Below the pieces are notes generated by a model. That model was not told where the DNA came from, did not search any database, and worked only from the letters and a program-made list of their open reading frames with translations. A program made the position numbers and the translations under genes. DNA of 63,890 bases, the filler included, from Platydemus manokwari (lineage: Eukaryota): assembly GCA_037951405.1 (NCBI GenBank). It is 6 parts of 6 records of this genome, joined end to end, with 100 filler letters (N's around TTAATTAATTAA, not from the genome) between each part and the next. Parts side by side here need not be neighbours in the genome. Positions count along the whole stretch, not along the records: positions 44,298 to 55,164 come from JBBMOY011099552.1; positions 55,265 to 63,890 come from JBBMOY011357427.1; 4 more parts are not named here. One strand, written 5' to 3'. Numbering within the stretch: the stretch's first letter is position 1; every line of letters starts with the position of its first letter. Of this stretch, positions 49,601-63,890 are shown piece after piece.

Positions 49601-51049
49601 TTATATTATGATTTATATTTTGCAGTATTTTAATATTGGGGTATTTATTTATTAATTTTCTGTAACATGATAAATTATATTATCAGTTCGTTGACATCTT
49701 TAATTAATCTTCATGAGTTTTGTAAATTTCTTTTAAAATTTCTTTGTTATTAATGGACATTCCTTCATTGTCGTTGTTAGACGTCTTTTGTTCGCTGTGT
49801 AAAACTGGGGTAAATGCATTTCCAATTTTATTAAGTTTTGTTACATGAATTTTAGATTTTTAATGAGCTTTTAAAGCTTAAATGGTTTTAAACGTTCAGT
49901 CACAAATTCGGCATTTATGCACATTCATTTTTTGGGTTTATTTTTTCACCTCCTCTCATTCGTAATTAAAAATTACACCGCCAAGGATTGGTTCTACTTA
50001 CTACTGATTACTGTGTGTATTTTGTAGATCCTAATGAATTTGAGTTTGAGGTTAATAGAATTATCATTTATTAGAAGCGAGTTGTTGTGGTTGTCTAACC
50101 TGTATTGATTGTGAACTACTTGTTTCGTCTGGGCATAGATTTGAAATATCTTAGAAAATATGACTCTAATTTGGTATTGATAATAATGGGTTTGGGAAGA
50201 AACTCTGAATGTTCAATAGATTCACTGATTTGGAAAGCGGTAGGCAATTTAATAACTTAACCCAAGTATTATATCAATTGATTATTATCTTCGGGTAAAT
50301 TCGATATTTCTATGTTTACTATTGGTTCCAATTTGACCCAAATCAAAATGAACTCAAATCCGAATGTATGTTATGAATCCTTTTTGTTAAGAAACATAGG
50401 AAATTTGACATAGCAGTCATTGGCCTTGTTATATCTTAGATGTAATAGAACAAAATACATTCTTTCAATACCCTGCTAAGTTACCAACGAACATTTTCTT
50501 TAGGGATAAGTTAATTTATTGGATTTAAGTTAAAAAAGTCTTCTTGCTCTTAACTTACATTTCATAATATATCTGATTGCGAGTTATATGTTATAAGGTT
50601 CATTATTGATTATGTATTAACAAAAGATTTCCAATATCCGCTGCCTGACCTCAGATTGCAAGTTGAAACTTAATAGTTATGAGACTTATCCTTGAGACGG
50701 ATAGGATAGTTTATGTCCTCTTTTTATGGAAGCTTTTATCTGGTGTGATGAGCTTAATTATAATTTAACGCATATTCTGGACAGCCTGATAGCTTTAAGG
50801 TTAAGGTTCATTACTCTCTCTCCTGACTTACCGGATCTTGAAGTCGGTTATCGCTATCGATTATATCTTCACAACTGGACTTAGAGAAAATACTTTAACT
50901 CACAATCAACTTTGTTCCATTTAATTTTCAATTTATTATAATGGGATAATAATTATTCTAATAATCTTCTCATTCATAAAATTATCGATTCTAAGTTTAT
51001 CAATACTAACTTTTTATACATAGTTATCATAACCTAGATAAAATAGACT

Positions 51050-52900
51050 CATCACGAGACCACTGAATATTTGTAGTAGTTAACCCAAATATTCCAAAAA
51101 AATATCCATTTATGAGCTGTTTTATTATTTAATGTAATAAATTTTTCAAAATTTTCATATGGATTTCTCTCAATTAATATCATAACTGTTAATATAAGAC
51201 TTGTCATAAGGGAAAATTTATTGACAACAATTTGGATGTTATATAATTTTATTGTCGGTTATGCAATCACAACGTTGGAGATTAATTGGTTAATAGCAAC
51301 TGTTAATTTTTCAAACACTAATCACGTTTACGAATCTCCTTTCAATAACAATTAAAATTCTTTACATCTTTCTTAAAATAGACATATATTTGCTTCTTTA
51401 TTTCTTCATCACTAATATAATGGTTTTTCTACTTTAGTAAATTTTCATTTTAAGCTTTGAGATCGAAATAAAATATCGAGTATAAATTCTGAAATTCTGT
51501 CATATTTAATTCAAAATAATTTTTGAAATCTTTCCACAAAGTAATAAATGCATCATTATTTGTTTTGATATCAAATTGCATTTTATTGACTAAATAGTTA
51601 CTGTTATTTAATCGAACCTTTAATGATTTTATATATTTAACATTAGTATTTAATAGTTAATATTCTTTATCCCTTTATTACATAAAATATTTTCTTATAA
51701 TCTATTTTTCTGTTCAAGGTCAATTTAATCATTATCAAAAATAGTGGTCTAGTGCAGATCTCTAGAAATATATTAATGTGTTTTATTGGAACGTTTCCTC
51801 TGAACTCTTTTCAAATTATAAAATAATTCTTTTTTTGAATCCTTCTTAGTGTTTATGTGTATTTTCATAAGTTTTATCAAGAAATTTTGACGTTAATTTG
51901 TCTGAGCTTTCATCAGATTGATCTAATAATATAAAATTGAATATACTAGATATTTCTCCACATTTATGATTTTTTCAATTTCATGTGTTCTTAATAATAA
52001 TCTCATGGAGTTTAATAAATTTGGAAAGGCATGATTTTTTAAAGTTATATTGTGATAAAGAGCACTTATTTTCTTTAATTCGATTTCAATTTCATATCTT
52101 AATAAACCATTACGAATATCTACAAGATTTGAATTTTGTTTAGATTCAAAGATAATATCTTTGGATTCCCTTAAAATAGTGAAGGTTGATGGATGAATAC
52201 CATATATTTACTGAATCTCATTTTTTATAAAGAAATGAATAAAACTTTGGTAAAATCATTTAAGGGAAATATTTATTAAGCATTATTATCTCAATTTAGT
52301 CATATACCTTAATTTAGTAAATTTTTTTTAAATAATTTTTATTGAATGGTAAACATTATTATGACCACACTTTTTAGCCTCTAATGATTATCTTAATTCA
52401 TAAAATAACTCTTTAATCCAAAGTGTTGAATTTAATTTATTTGTTTGTAATCCCGTTTCCAATTATTGATTGTCTATTTTGTTCATCTCTCAATTTATCT
52501 ATCAAACTGCTAGTAATTGAGAGCCAATCAAACAATAAGAGCCAAAACAATCGTTCATATAATTAAAAGTTTCCATGTCCATTAAAAGCTATTCTTATCC
52601 GCAAATAATAAATACATGCAATCCTTTGCTGATGGAACGCAAGTTTCGTCGTATAATTTTATTGTAAACAAGTTTTTTTAATCTATAATATTCAAAATCA
52701 TACAATAAGCATTGTAATTAGCACAGGGACATGAGATACAATTCTATTTGTTTCCGTTTCGACATCATAAATTGTGGGTATCAACAAATAAATCAATTAA
52801 GTATTTAAAATTTATTATGTAAAATCTGTTGATTTCTTCATGTCTTATCATCAGTGTTTCAATATCAATGTGCGATAATCTTAGATGAAAATATTGTAAG
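51050..52900 (-). mobile_element. Possible further decayed protein-primed PolB sequence
   Basis: Scattered motif-like fragments: FVDTH (about 52785), IYGIHPS (about 52200, cf. YGLDP), KQLINGYFFGIFG (about 51120-51085, cf. KxxxNSxYGxF). No ORF. Confidence 0.3.
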
Positions 52901-55164
52901 ATAAATATAAAAATAAAAGTTTTAATTTATATTTAAAACTTTGAATTGGCATTTCAATGTGATTGCTTTTTCTGATATAATTTCCATTTTTTATTCTTTT
53001 GCATCTAAAATTGGATATTAAATCAAAATAATATAAAAATATCATTATTAACAAATTTTGATTTTAAATCACTATTTTGAGATATAAACATTAATATAAA
53101 TTTAGAGGAAAAAACCATTTTTTGATAATTTAAACACGTTTTGTTTATTTAGGCCAAATTTTATTTGAAAATTTCTTGAAAAATAAATTAAAAATAAAAA
53201 TAAATTTGTTTTAGTTTATGAATATTTGAAAATTTCATAATCTGAAACATCGTGGTTAATCTGTCGGGTATGTTAATTTATATATTATTAATTTCTTTTG
53301 CACTTTTTTACCATTAATGTATTAATAATAATGTGATATCATTACTGATTGTTTATTATTTGCTGATTTATTCCCGAATCTTATTGAATTAATTTTGATT
53401 GTTTCAAGCAATTTATATTAATCATGTTATTAACATTGGCTTAAATAGAGTTGATTTAATATAATTTATTATTATAACTTATAATTATTATTTTTATTAT
53501 TAATATTGTTAATTGTAATAAAATGTATTGAAAGAGTTCTTGCAATTTGGATAACCATAGATGATATTTTTTCTTATATTATTAAAATTTGTACGCCAAT
53601 GAATATGATAGAGCATATCATATTAGGTGTAGATGCTGAGTTTTTGTTAATCGTATATGGTCTTGGTTTTAATTTGATTCAACATCATGTAGAATACCAC
53701 CATCGTCTTATTAAATAACAAAGTTATTAATTTTCTCGCTTGTTTTAAATCTCGGATTTTATGACATATGGTTTGGGCTTATTTTGATTTGATGGATTTG
53801 ATCTTATGGATTTATTATCCCAAGACATGTTTTTTGATCAGGGTATTTTTATGATTATATTGCAAATGATTCTTTGTTTATTTGATAGCCTCTCCACCAC
53901 ACCATTCTTTAGTGTCTATTTTGATATTTTACTTTGGCTTAGTGTAATAATTTGAACGAATCACGAAATTTTCTCACTCATTTTTATTCGCTTGTCGTCA
54001 TCAATAAAATCTTTGTTTAAGTTCATAAACAGTTCATGTCCGAAAGTCCTTATTTTAATAGTCTCTTTCGGAAGGGAATTTTGTCCTCTTTTTTGAAATC
54101 GTTTGTATTGATTTATTATGGTTGTATGGTATACCATACTATATATTTTAGCATCTGTTTTTGTAATTAAATTTAATGAGCCTACATTAATAAATAATAA
54201 ATAAAAACAAACCTAACAAGATACTTATAAATTTTTTAAAAAAATATTTCGTATTATACATATTATTATTGATAATTCCATAGTCATTGTATTTTCTATT
54301 ATTATCGCCGTATTAACAAAGTTGTGGTAAAAATCCAATATAAAAATAAACAGGTTTCTAAGGTGAGAATTTCTGACATCAATATGTAAATCATTATCAC
54401 ACTTCGTGTAATATAATTATAATTATTACATAATGGTGCATTTTCGGCTATTACACTTGAATTATATTATATGATAAAGTTCCGATGACAAAAAGTTCCA
54501 GTTTATGTGTTCCTGACGCGTTATCGTATGCAAATACTGTTAAAATCTCTGTTAAATTTGCATACATTCCAATAAATCTCTTAAAACTTCTCAGACATCT
54601 TTGTCTACAGGTTATCGATCATATTGGCATATTATTGGCTTCATTCTAGCCATTTAAAATAGGCATTTAAAATAGGCACCCTGTTTGCTCGGGAATTCCG
54701 GAAGATTTAACATCCGTACTAGCCTTTGCTTTCGATTTAACAATTGACCGCCGATCAACCCCTTTACCACAGGGGAACTTCCGCACTTTTGGCTGAGAAG
54801 AACAGTTTTTTTTTCAATCGGATGTCGGACAGATTATACTGCAGACACTCTGCAGTCTGATCGATTAATTAAATGATTTTAATACACTTCCTGTGGGACA
54901 AAGCTCGATCATCTATTACACAAGATGATCATTAAAAAGTCGGTCGTATTTTAGAACACTTATATCTTATATATTGTTAAAAAATTCTTGCTTTGATGGA
55001 GGACTGTCGTATCTGATTCCGATCTGAGCTTCCGGGAAAAAATTCACTCATAAATAGGGTGATCCATGTCTCCTTCCCAATGCATTGGGATTTAAATTAC
55101 TATTACTTACAATTTCATTTATTTGCTCCGTCATCAGCCGTTCCTCCCATATTTCATCGATTGA

Positions 55165-55264
55165 NNNNNNNNNNNNNNNNNNNNNNNNNNNNNNNNNNNN
55201 NNNNNNNNTTAATTAATTAANNNNNNNNNNNNNNNNNNNNNNNNNNNNNNNNNNNNNNNNNNNN
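55165..55264. other. Artificial contig linker
   Basis: N44-TTAATTAATTAA-N44. Confidence 0.98.
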
Positions 55265-58200
55265 TTCATATAAGCCTTGAAATTAAATTAAATTTTGAAT
55301 TTATAAAAATATTATAGTAACATATTAACAATATAAGTTTGATAATCAACTTCAATGACAAATAAATTTAACTTTAATTAATAATATAAGCTCATTTCCA
55401 GATGACATATTTTTATATATTATTTATTTATATTGGTAAATAAATAAAATTGTTTCATAAATTTCCCCATCAATTCGTAGCCTTAATGAACTGTAATTAA
55501 TCAAATGATTAAGTCTGACGTATTTGTCATTTACTAAGATAGTTTACGAGTGCTTACCAAAACCACAATTCATCATACAAAATTAATAACATTAAAGGTC
55601 CTTTATTATTTCCAAAGTTTTTTTCGGTTGAATGGTTATTGACTTATATATATTTTTTTTACAAATATATCGATATAAAGAATTTGATAAACATATTTTT
55701 TTATTAAATAAAACCAATAAGAAAGAAACGAACTAGGAAATTAGATAAAAATTGCTTCTCAACTGACTTAATAATATTTTTGAGTAGTTAAATTTTGGTT
55801 TGATCAATTTGACGTGTTTTCTATATATTTTCCATTGATATAATTTATTAAATTTTCCCTCATTGCCGTTAGATAATTGGAAAAAAGAAAAACCTAACTC
55901 AATCCTTACGACATAATAAAAGCACCGAATGGGAAATGATTTCGAATTATGGATGAATCTAATAATCTTTGTCAATTTAAGAAATGCCTTTCAGTAACTC
56001 CTTAATAGACAAATGATAATAAAGCTATAAATAATCCAACGTGTTTCTTTTCGGTAAACAACAAAGGCCTATTTCAATTTTCCATTGATTTATCAATGGG
56101 AAATTCTAATCCTCTCCAGATCAATGAAGTTAGAAATTTAAACATTTCTGCTTAAATTAAATTTACAATAATAGAATATTGGAATGGTTACTTTGTTATT
56201 ATAATTAAATTAGAATTTAAAATTCTTCAATAAATTCCATTGGGGGAAGGTCGGTTTCAATTTCTCCGAAGAAGAACATACACAAATTCGTTTCCAATGT
56301 TTAATATTGATGAATGCAGAAAAAAATGGTTTTGATTTATCTATAGTTGTTGATAGTCTTGATTATTTTCGTGATTGTTTATGTTGAAATTAGATACATT
56401 GGAGAATATGATTTTAGAATTTGGTGTTGATTATAAATACCGTGAACTGATTGGTTCAATATTATGACTTGAATAATAATATTAACGATAATCAAAAGTA
56501 TGTTGTCGTGAATTTTAAAATATAAATATATAATTATATAAATGTATTATAAGTAAATAAATTAACGAGCATAATGACGGAGAAAATTTGAATTTGGATA
56601 TTTTTTTAACCTTGATTTTCAACAATATTAGAATTTAACACAAATCAATATCTTGCCTTGATCCAAAGACTTGTGAGTTATGTTAGGAAGGTTAATAGTG
56701 CATTAATATATAGATAAATATCATAAAATTGATAAATATATAAAAAGTAATGCTAATTGTGGAAAAGATTGTCTTCGAATTAGCGGATAGAACTGCTTAT
56801 GTGATGAGATTGTTAAAAAAGATTTATTCATGAGAATGTTGATTCCGAATTATGAGAGGGAAATTTAGGTATGCGACTGAACTGAAAATACCAGTCTGAT
56901 AATTATTTGTAGCTTTTGGTAGATAAAGAAAGGAATTTCTCTCGAAAATTATAATAAAAATTAAAAATCATGCTTCGATAAACAAAAATAGTATAATTTT
57001 TTTTTTATTTTTTGCTATTGTTTTTGTGCTCTGTGATCAGTAGCCGTTTTTACGAGTATGGAAAAAAATAAACAAAAAAAATAATCAAAAATTCTGAAAA
57101 AATCTAAAAGAAAATCATAAATATATTTATATATGGGGTTATTTAATGTGAACGAAAATGCTTATTAATATAAAGTGCAACTCTCACTTTATTTTATTAG
57201 ATTTATTAGATTTTATTAGATATTATGTCAAAAATCATTTTTGGTGCTGGTATTTTCCGAACAGTCTGAAAATCGTTTTCTTGTCAACAGAGAACAGGTA
57301 TTTTGGATTTAGTATTCATAGATCGGTTTGCAGATTTCTCTTGTTATTTAATAAAGTTATTCGCAGCTGGTTGAGTAATTTAAGCAAGCTTATGACTGAA
57401 CCAATTGAAGTCAGTTTGGAAGAGCTAAATTGTTAGGTAACCGACCTAAAAGTTTGAAATGACGAACCAATAATAAGTAACAAAAACATCGCCAAATCAA
57501 TTTAATAAATTAAAAATGTAACTTAGTTTATAAACTTTGCTTAAATAAATTCCATTTGTGTTTTAATGCTCTTGTAATCTGAAGTTAGAATTTGAATTTC
57601 TTTGTGTCTTCGTTTTGAATGTCAACAAATGGAGCAAAGTACACATTATAGAATTAATACCGCACTTTAAATAATAATAGCGCTACTAGAATATTAACTG
57701 AGTAATCAAGATTCTCTTTCTTAGTACCAATAATTAATATTAAGCCACCTAAATGAGAATTTATTCCATGATATCAAGCTAAATTTAAATTTGAGGTCTT
57801 AATTAAAGTTTTGTTTTACTTAATAGTTAATACATATTGCACTTTTTGATTTTGTTTAGGGAGATCGTTTGAAGGATGTTCTGATAAAATAAAAACATTA
57901 TATCTTTATATTTTTGATGAAGACAAAACTAAAATCGACTAGTTTGCAATCATTTATATTTGATATGATTATCGCATTTTAACTGACTACCCACCTATGG
58001 AAATCTCTTAATTAAATTTGTTGAAAGGTGGATCTAGTGTTCTAGGTTTACTATCCATACACCTTTACAATTTTAAAGTTGAAAAAATAATGTTTTTTAC
58101 AGATAGATATATTAAACAATAATTTTTCTCAATATCCCATATTTAATTGTAAAATATAAATTATCAAAAATATTCAAAAATAACGAATTATCTCCAGTAA

Positions 58201-59428
58201 CCAAACAAAAAATTGCAAGACAGTAAATAAGGTTCCATTGTTACATTTCCAAAACACGTTAATATAAAGTTCAATGGTCCGGATGACCCACAAGGGTTCG
58301 GTTGATTTTGATCTTATGGTTAATAAGACTCAATTCGTGAAACAGCAATAAAAATAGAATTAACTAAATGGAATGGTTAATTGGAAACCTTATAAAAGTA
58401 ACAGTGACAATATACAATTTAATTGTGACTAACTTATTGATCTTGTTTGATATTTTGTCTTCTTTGGCTCTGATTAGAACTTTACCGTGAAGATAAATAT
58501 GTGTGAATTTAAATGAAATATAAAATTCTGGAATAATTAACTGAGGCGACAGTGAAATAGTTATTAATAACTTTTCATAGAGAAGTCACAAACAATTTTG
58601 CATGCAACAATTATAAATAACTTATTTTCAAAAAGCTAAGCCAATAAAATAATTTTATTCGAAAACATTATGAATAATTTAAAAGGAATGGGTTTAATCA
58701 AAAAGAATATTTGAAATACTCTATAAATATTGACAGGATATGGAACACAAATATTTACAAATTTTACTAATATAGTGGAATTGGCTATTCAAAACAAGTA
58801 TTGCCGGAAGCCCAATTAATCAAAAAATTATTGGAAAAAAAAAGAAGAAAAAATGAGGATAACTGAAAAGTGGAATCTAAGGGGGGGGGGGTTCTTGGTT
58901 TGGAAAATAGGTATGCATTCATGATTATCAATAATTAATGAACTGGCACTAAAGGAATAATGGACTATTGAGTTTTTCTACCAAAAAGACTAAATTCCTG
59001 TATGTATAAGTTTACTTTTCTCTAGTCGGTCCACATTCTATTCTTTGTAAAAAAAAATGTTTAAACTTTCTTTCAAAGATATAGAATTGACAACGATAAA
59101 CCAAGGCTTGAAATTAATCAAGGCCAACACCTAGTTGCATGCAGAAACAAATCTCGGACACTTATTATGGACATACCCAGTAAATAGTTTCAGTTCATCA
59201 ACTTACAAGACAAAGATTAAAAATAATGAACCTATTGTATCTTTCATTTTAAACCAAATCCAGAAAAGTTGATTCTAATGAAAATTAATTCAGTGAACAA
59301 TGGTCACAATAACTGCTTCCGAATTTACAAACAGAAGAGACTGTACCCAGTTGTTGCTGGTATAAAAATTTATGTGTCACAGACAAGAACTGAAATTTTT
59401 CAACAGGAATGCTAAAACTATATTATGA

Positions 59429-59660
59429 TTAAACATTCCATCGAAAAAGATGTTTTGTAAGATTATCAACAGTTTGAGTGGACCAATACGTCTTTATTGG
59501 TTTGTGATAAAACTGAATTTCCTTATTGTATTTTTCTTCTTCCTTAAGTTGTCTAGCCCATATCAAAAAATCATCAAGTATAACAAAGAAAAAATGTTCT
59601 GGGTCTACCACTGAATCTGGTAATCGTTTCTGAGCCAAAGTGTTTTTGGTTCGTGAAAAA
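59429..59660 (-). mobile_element. Possible Penelope-like RT remnant (YxDD region)
   Basis: FFFVILDDFLIWA...YNKEIQFYHKPIKTYWSTQTVDNL resembles PLE WFRYIDDIFIIW...LN..HP.IKFT..S...I.FLD. Confidence 0.4.
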
Positions 59661-62600
59661 AGTTTGTTTGAAACTCAATATTAATTAAAGGAAGAAAACA
59701 GTTAAATTATCTGATACATTGCAATACCAGAATTAACCTAATCAATAATTATTTTTCTCAAAATTTTTAATAATTTTATTTGACTTATAATTTTTAATAA
59801 TGGTTTTGATTTCATTAACATGAATAGTAAAGTTAAGTATGGAATTCAATAATAATTTGTAAGTACAAAATATCATTTTCTGCGTCAATTTAGTTGACCA
59901 TGTGTATAATTTATTTAAAGCATGACTTATTAATAATAATAATTTTGTGATAAATAATTTATTCCATAGCGTGTAAAAGTTAAAAAAATCAATAACCGAA
60001 ACAAAATTTTCTATTCTTAAATAGCCTATAACTTTATAATGAGTTATCATTCAATACTATTCCGTATTCTTACAATCCATCTCAATTAAAAAATGAACAA
60101 CAATATATTTCCAAGTCCTCATAAAAATATGGGTTAAATGCCTCGATAATTATGTGCCAATTAACTTTTTATTACAATTTGATAATTCATATTTTTCGAA
60201 AGGAAATTAGATTCTTTATTGACGATATTTTCTCATTCAGTAATCTCTTTAAACATTTAATTAATAAGTTCTTTGGCTTACGTCAGGAAAATGGGTCTTT
60301 TGACATAATTTCATTATGATGATTTTTGAGGTATTATTTTTCGGTTTTAATTATATTTTTCCAAAAATTTCAAGTAAAAATTTAATTTTTTAAGACATTT
60401 TTAATTTTAAACAAAAATTAATTAAAACTTTCAGGGAATTGTATTTCGCTTAGCCTTCGATATTTTCGGTATAAATGTGTTTTGGATAGGCATGAGTTTT
60501 TAAATGGTTAATAATGTTTAGTTGATAATAAGCCTTGAGAAGAGCTTATTAGGTCTCTAAATGTATACATGATTAATTCATCATTACACATTTTAATTAA
60601 ATAATAAGTAGTATATTAAATGCAATTTTTATCTTTATCTTTTTGCCTCGATTTTTGACCTGAAAAAAGAAACAATCGTGATATCAACATATTAATAATC
60701 AATTTCAAAATTTTAGTTTCAATTTTAAATTTCATAGTAAACTTTTCGTGTGGCACTAGTTTAAGTAAAAGTAAAACGGTTTAGAATGTCGAAAAGAAAC
60801 AAAACAAATTTATTAAACCGAGTTTCTATTCAAATCACAGTACTTTTCTTACATTTCTGACAATACTATCTTTAATCTTTTTATTTTAATCTTTGTATTT
60901 ACTAGAAATCATAGCCAAATTCTTTTGAAAATACAAGTTTTCTATCCAATAATTCGAGCTAAAGTTAAAAGAAGGGCTCCTAAAATGAAATTTTAAATTT
61001 GTTGAGTGCATTACAAAACTCTATATAGTTTATTTAATTATATTCTTTAAAAAAATTTGAATTTTTTATTTAAATACTTAAGAAGAATTTCAATTGTTCA
61101 AAATCAAATATTAAATACATTAGAGCTTTAAAATCTCATAAAATTCAATTATTAGAATAAATGAAAAAAGTATATCGAATTATGCAATTTATTGAAAATT
61201 AGCTAGGGTTCTTTTTTAACATTAGTAGCAAATTGAGAGATATTCGCAATTTTTACAATTATTTTATAAAAATAACCAATGATATTATTAAACATGCCTG
61301 TAATTAACTAACTCGATTTATAATTATAAAAATTTAAATTTAAAGACTCAGATAATCATATAGAAGTGTTGTGATTAGAATGGGAACTTGGTTTTAAGAA
61401 CTATGTTTTTTCTGGATTTGTCATCTTAAAAAATGAGATATTAACTGAATTATACGAATAAATCAAACATAGCAGTTATATATGTAAAATTAAGTTATAA
61501 AATTATCTCATGCATGAAAATTCATTATTACAAAAGTAGGTTAAAGGAACCCATATCTTAACGAAATCCGTAATTTGTTAATTAATAGATTTAATTTGCT
61601 CTTTTATCAAGTTTTAATTTGATATGGGTTCTACTGATTCTATAAAACAACGCCATTATTAAAAGTAGCTCAGGATATTATTGAAGTCAAATTATGAAGA
61701 AAATATTAAATAATGGAATAATTGACTGTATGATTAGAAAAGCTAAAATATAAGGAAATCATAAATTAATTCTAATTAATTCCGTCACAATAATCCCCAT
61801 TTCAAAAAACCATTTCGGAATTATAAGAGATTGATTTAATCTGAGCGGAAACCGTTAATATATTTTCATAAATACAATATTTATTCGTCGTTTATTCTAT
61901 GCAGTTTATTTTTATTTTATTTTAAGAGCTTACTTACTCTAATTTGAAATCACTGAAAGAAAATTGACTGGCTTTATTCGAATTTAATTTTCTTATGATA
62001 AAGAAATGATTTTCAAAATTTATCGTGAGATTTATCACACTTTTTGCATATAATCGTGGGAACTTAATCTGAATTAATCAATAAATATTCTGTAATCGAG
62101 AAAAGAAAGAAAATTATATTTATAAAATTTGTAAAAAAACCATTTGAGAATAAATCGATTTTGCCAAAGAACTTTAAACAGTATTTAGATCACTTTCAAT
62201 GATTTGGTTATTTTATCTTCGATATTACTGGGTGTCACATTGCTGTATTGGTGAGAAACTAATAACTTTCCTCTGATAACACGCTGATGAATTTCACCAT
62301 GGATTCGTTAAAAATAAGACAATCAATTTAAAATGAATTGAAATTTTATTTTTCTGTCGATTAATGATATAAATTGTTACTGTTTCATTAAATATCTTAA
62401 AAAGTCCAATCTTAGAAAGTCAACCGACAAAAGTATATTTAAGTAAAATATTCTTAAATAGCTTAAATTTATTTTATTTAAAATGATTGAAATATAATTA
62501 TAAAACCCTCACAATTAACAGTTGTTATATATAATACGCCTTAAACGACAATATAATTTCAGTTTCTGCTAATAAAAATAAATCTATTTACCGGAATGAA

Positions 62601-63890
62601 TTGACATGTTCAAATTAATCACTGGACAATATATTATGTTAAGCAGTTTATAAATTAGTCACGATTTTTTCACGATTTAGAGTGGAGGGAATGATGTGAA
62701 TGTCTACAAGTAGATCAACACACATTAAATTTACTAAAAGCATCTATTGCCGCTGACATTTCAAAGAAATACCGAAGAAATAGCTGATGAGAAGAATGAA
62801 AAGAAATTTCATAAAAAACAAGATTAAAGTTATACGATAATAATATTCTTACATGGCGGGAAACGACGGTAAATAATTCAAACGAGGATTTGAAAGTCAA
62901 TTAATATTTCAATGATAATTTTAAATCGAAAATATATTGATTTTCAAAAATATAATTGGTTAATTTAATATGTTTGAATATTAAGATTAGATATTTTTTG
63001 TAGCGAACATCTTAGTTTGTTTCCTTTGCGTATTTAATAGAGAAAATTAAAATATTTAAAATATTCTTAATGTCCAATTCGATTAAAATCTGCAGCCTGG
63101 TTCTGGTATAGTTATTACCACAATTTCCTTCAGCATGGACATGTGATGCCTTAATTGAAAAGGTTAAAATTCATTTCCCACTGATTACTGATCCGATTAG
63201 ATTTCTTCGGTGTTAGGAGATAAATAAACAATACCATCTATTGTGGCTGGATAAAAAAACATCTTTCATTTCAAAACCTCGGGAATAAACGACATTGAAA
63301 AATCATGAGACAGGTCTGCGAAGTTATTTTGCCTTTTCTGTTGAATGAGATGTGATTAAAAGAGAGACAATTGTATTCTGTTTCAATTCTTTATTGAACC
63401 TTGACTCATAAAATAAACTCCCCCGTGCGATCGTAAACGGATAATGAAAACTATTTTAAAGTGTTGTGACCAAAACAGAAAATAGTTTCGTTAAAACAAA
63501 ACATGAGAACCAAACGTGCAATTTTTGTGGAGAAATTCAAGCTCTAAAGTTTTCCCATTCCTTTCCAAAATTTATCGATCGACATTTTATTAAAATTTTA
63601 AAAAATTTATAAATTAGAAAGACAAAATAAAACCGTAAACGAGTATCTGTTTTTTCAGTGGTTATTATTGATAATCCTCCGTCAGTAACGTTAAGGTTTT
63701 CTTCTGATAACTCAAATTATTTATGAAAAGAAAACACTCTGGTGGTTTTATTTAATGTTTATCGGTTTTATGTAATTCACAAAAAAGTTAAAGTCCAAAA
63801 GAAATTAACTGTGTTGGGTTTTGATTCTGAACCACCAAATAATTGCTGACTTCTAAAATCGAACTAAAATATCTAACTATCACAAAATAT

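Noticed and set aside
54505-54530. CGATAACGCGTCAGG (minus) resembling the 3' half of a Penelope minimal hammerhead; similar AAACGCGTC near 19287
   Set aside because: No CUGANGA box upstream in either case.
55265-63890. Short ORFs and coding-like patches in the last contig, including a penton-like YFAPFVDIQ stretch near 57620
   Set aside because: No splice-consistent gene or convincing motif series found by eye; most likely old TE debris.
1-63890. CRISPR arrays, rRNA/tRNA genes, prokaryotic operons
   Set aside because: None seen; the sequence is intron-containing eukaryotic DNA with no regularly spaced direct repeats.

Overview
Very AT-rich eukaryotic (animal) genomic DNA. The 40-50 nt introns and the mariner/Gypsy/Penelope load suggest a triclad flatworm, but that is inference. 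The window is six contigs joined by artificial 100-bp linkers (44 N + TTAATTAATTAA + 44 N), so adjacency across linkers is unproven. Three host genes were reconstructed exon by exon, all on the minus strand: a complete Cdc25 phosphatase (3 coding exons, 506 aa), a complete BCKDH E1-alpha (8 exons, 431 aa), and four 3'-half exons of a beta-arrestin. The rest is decayed mobile DNA: Ty3/Gypsy gag-pol copies, DD34D mariner fragments, Penelope-like and non-LTR RT remnants, and Polinton/Maverick (adintovirus-like) penton and protein-primed PolB remnants. The most interesting signal is an orphan ORF (9955-10765) ending in a REX4/ISG20-like DEDDh exonuclease domain. It has its own promoter (three CCAAT boxes exactly 30 bp apart, TATA, Inr, a 42-nt 5'UTR intron) and sits in an architecture that resembles the 3' accessory region of the local Gypsy family.
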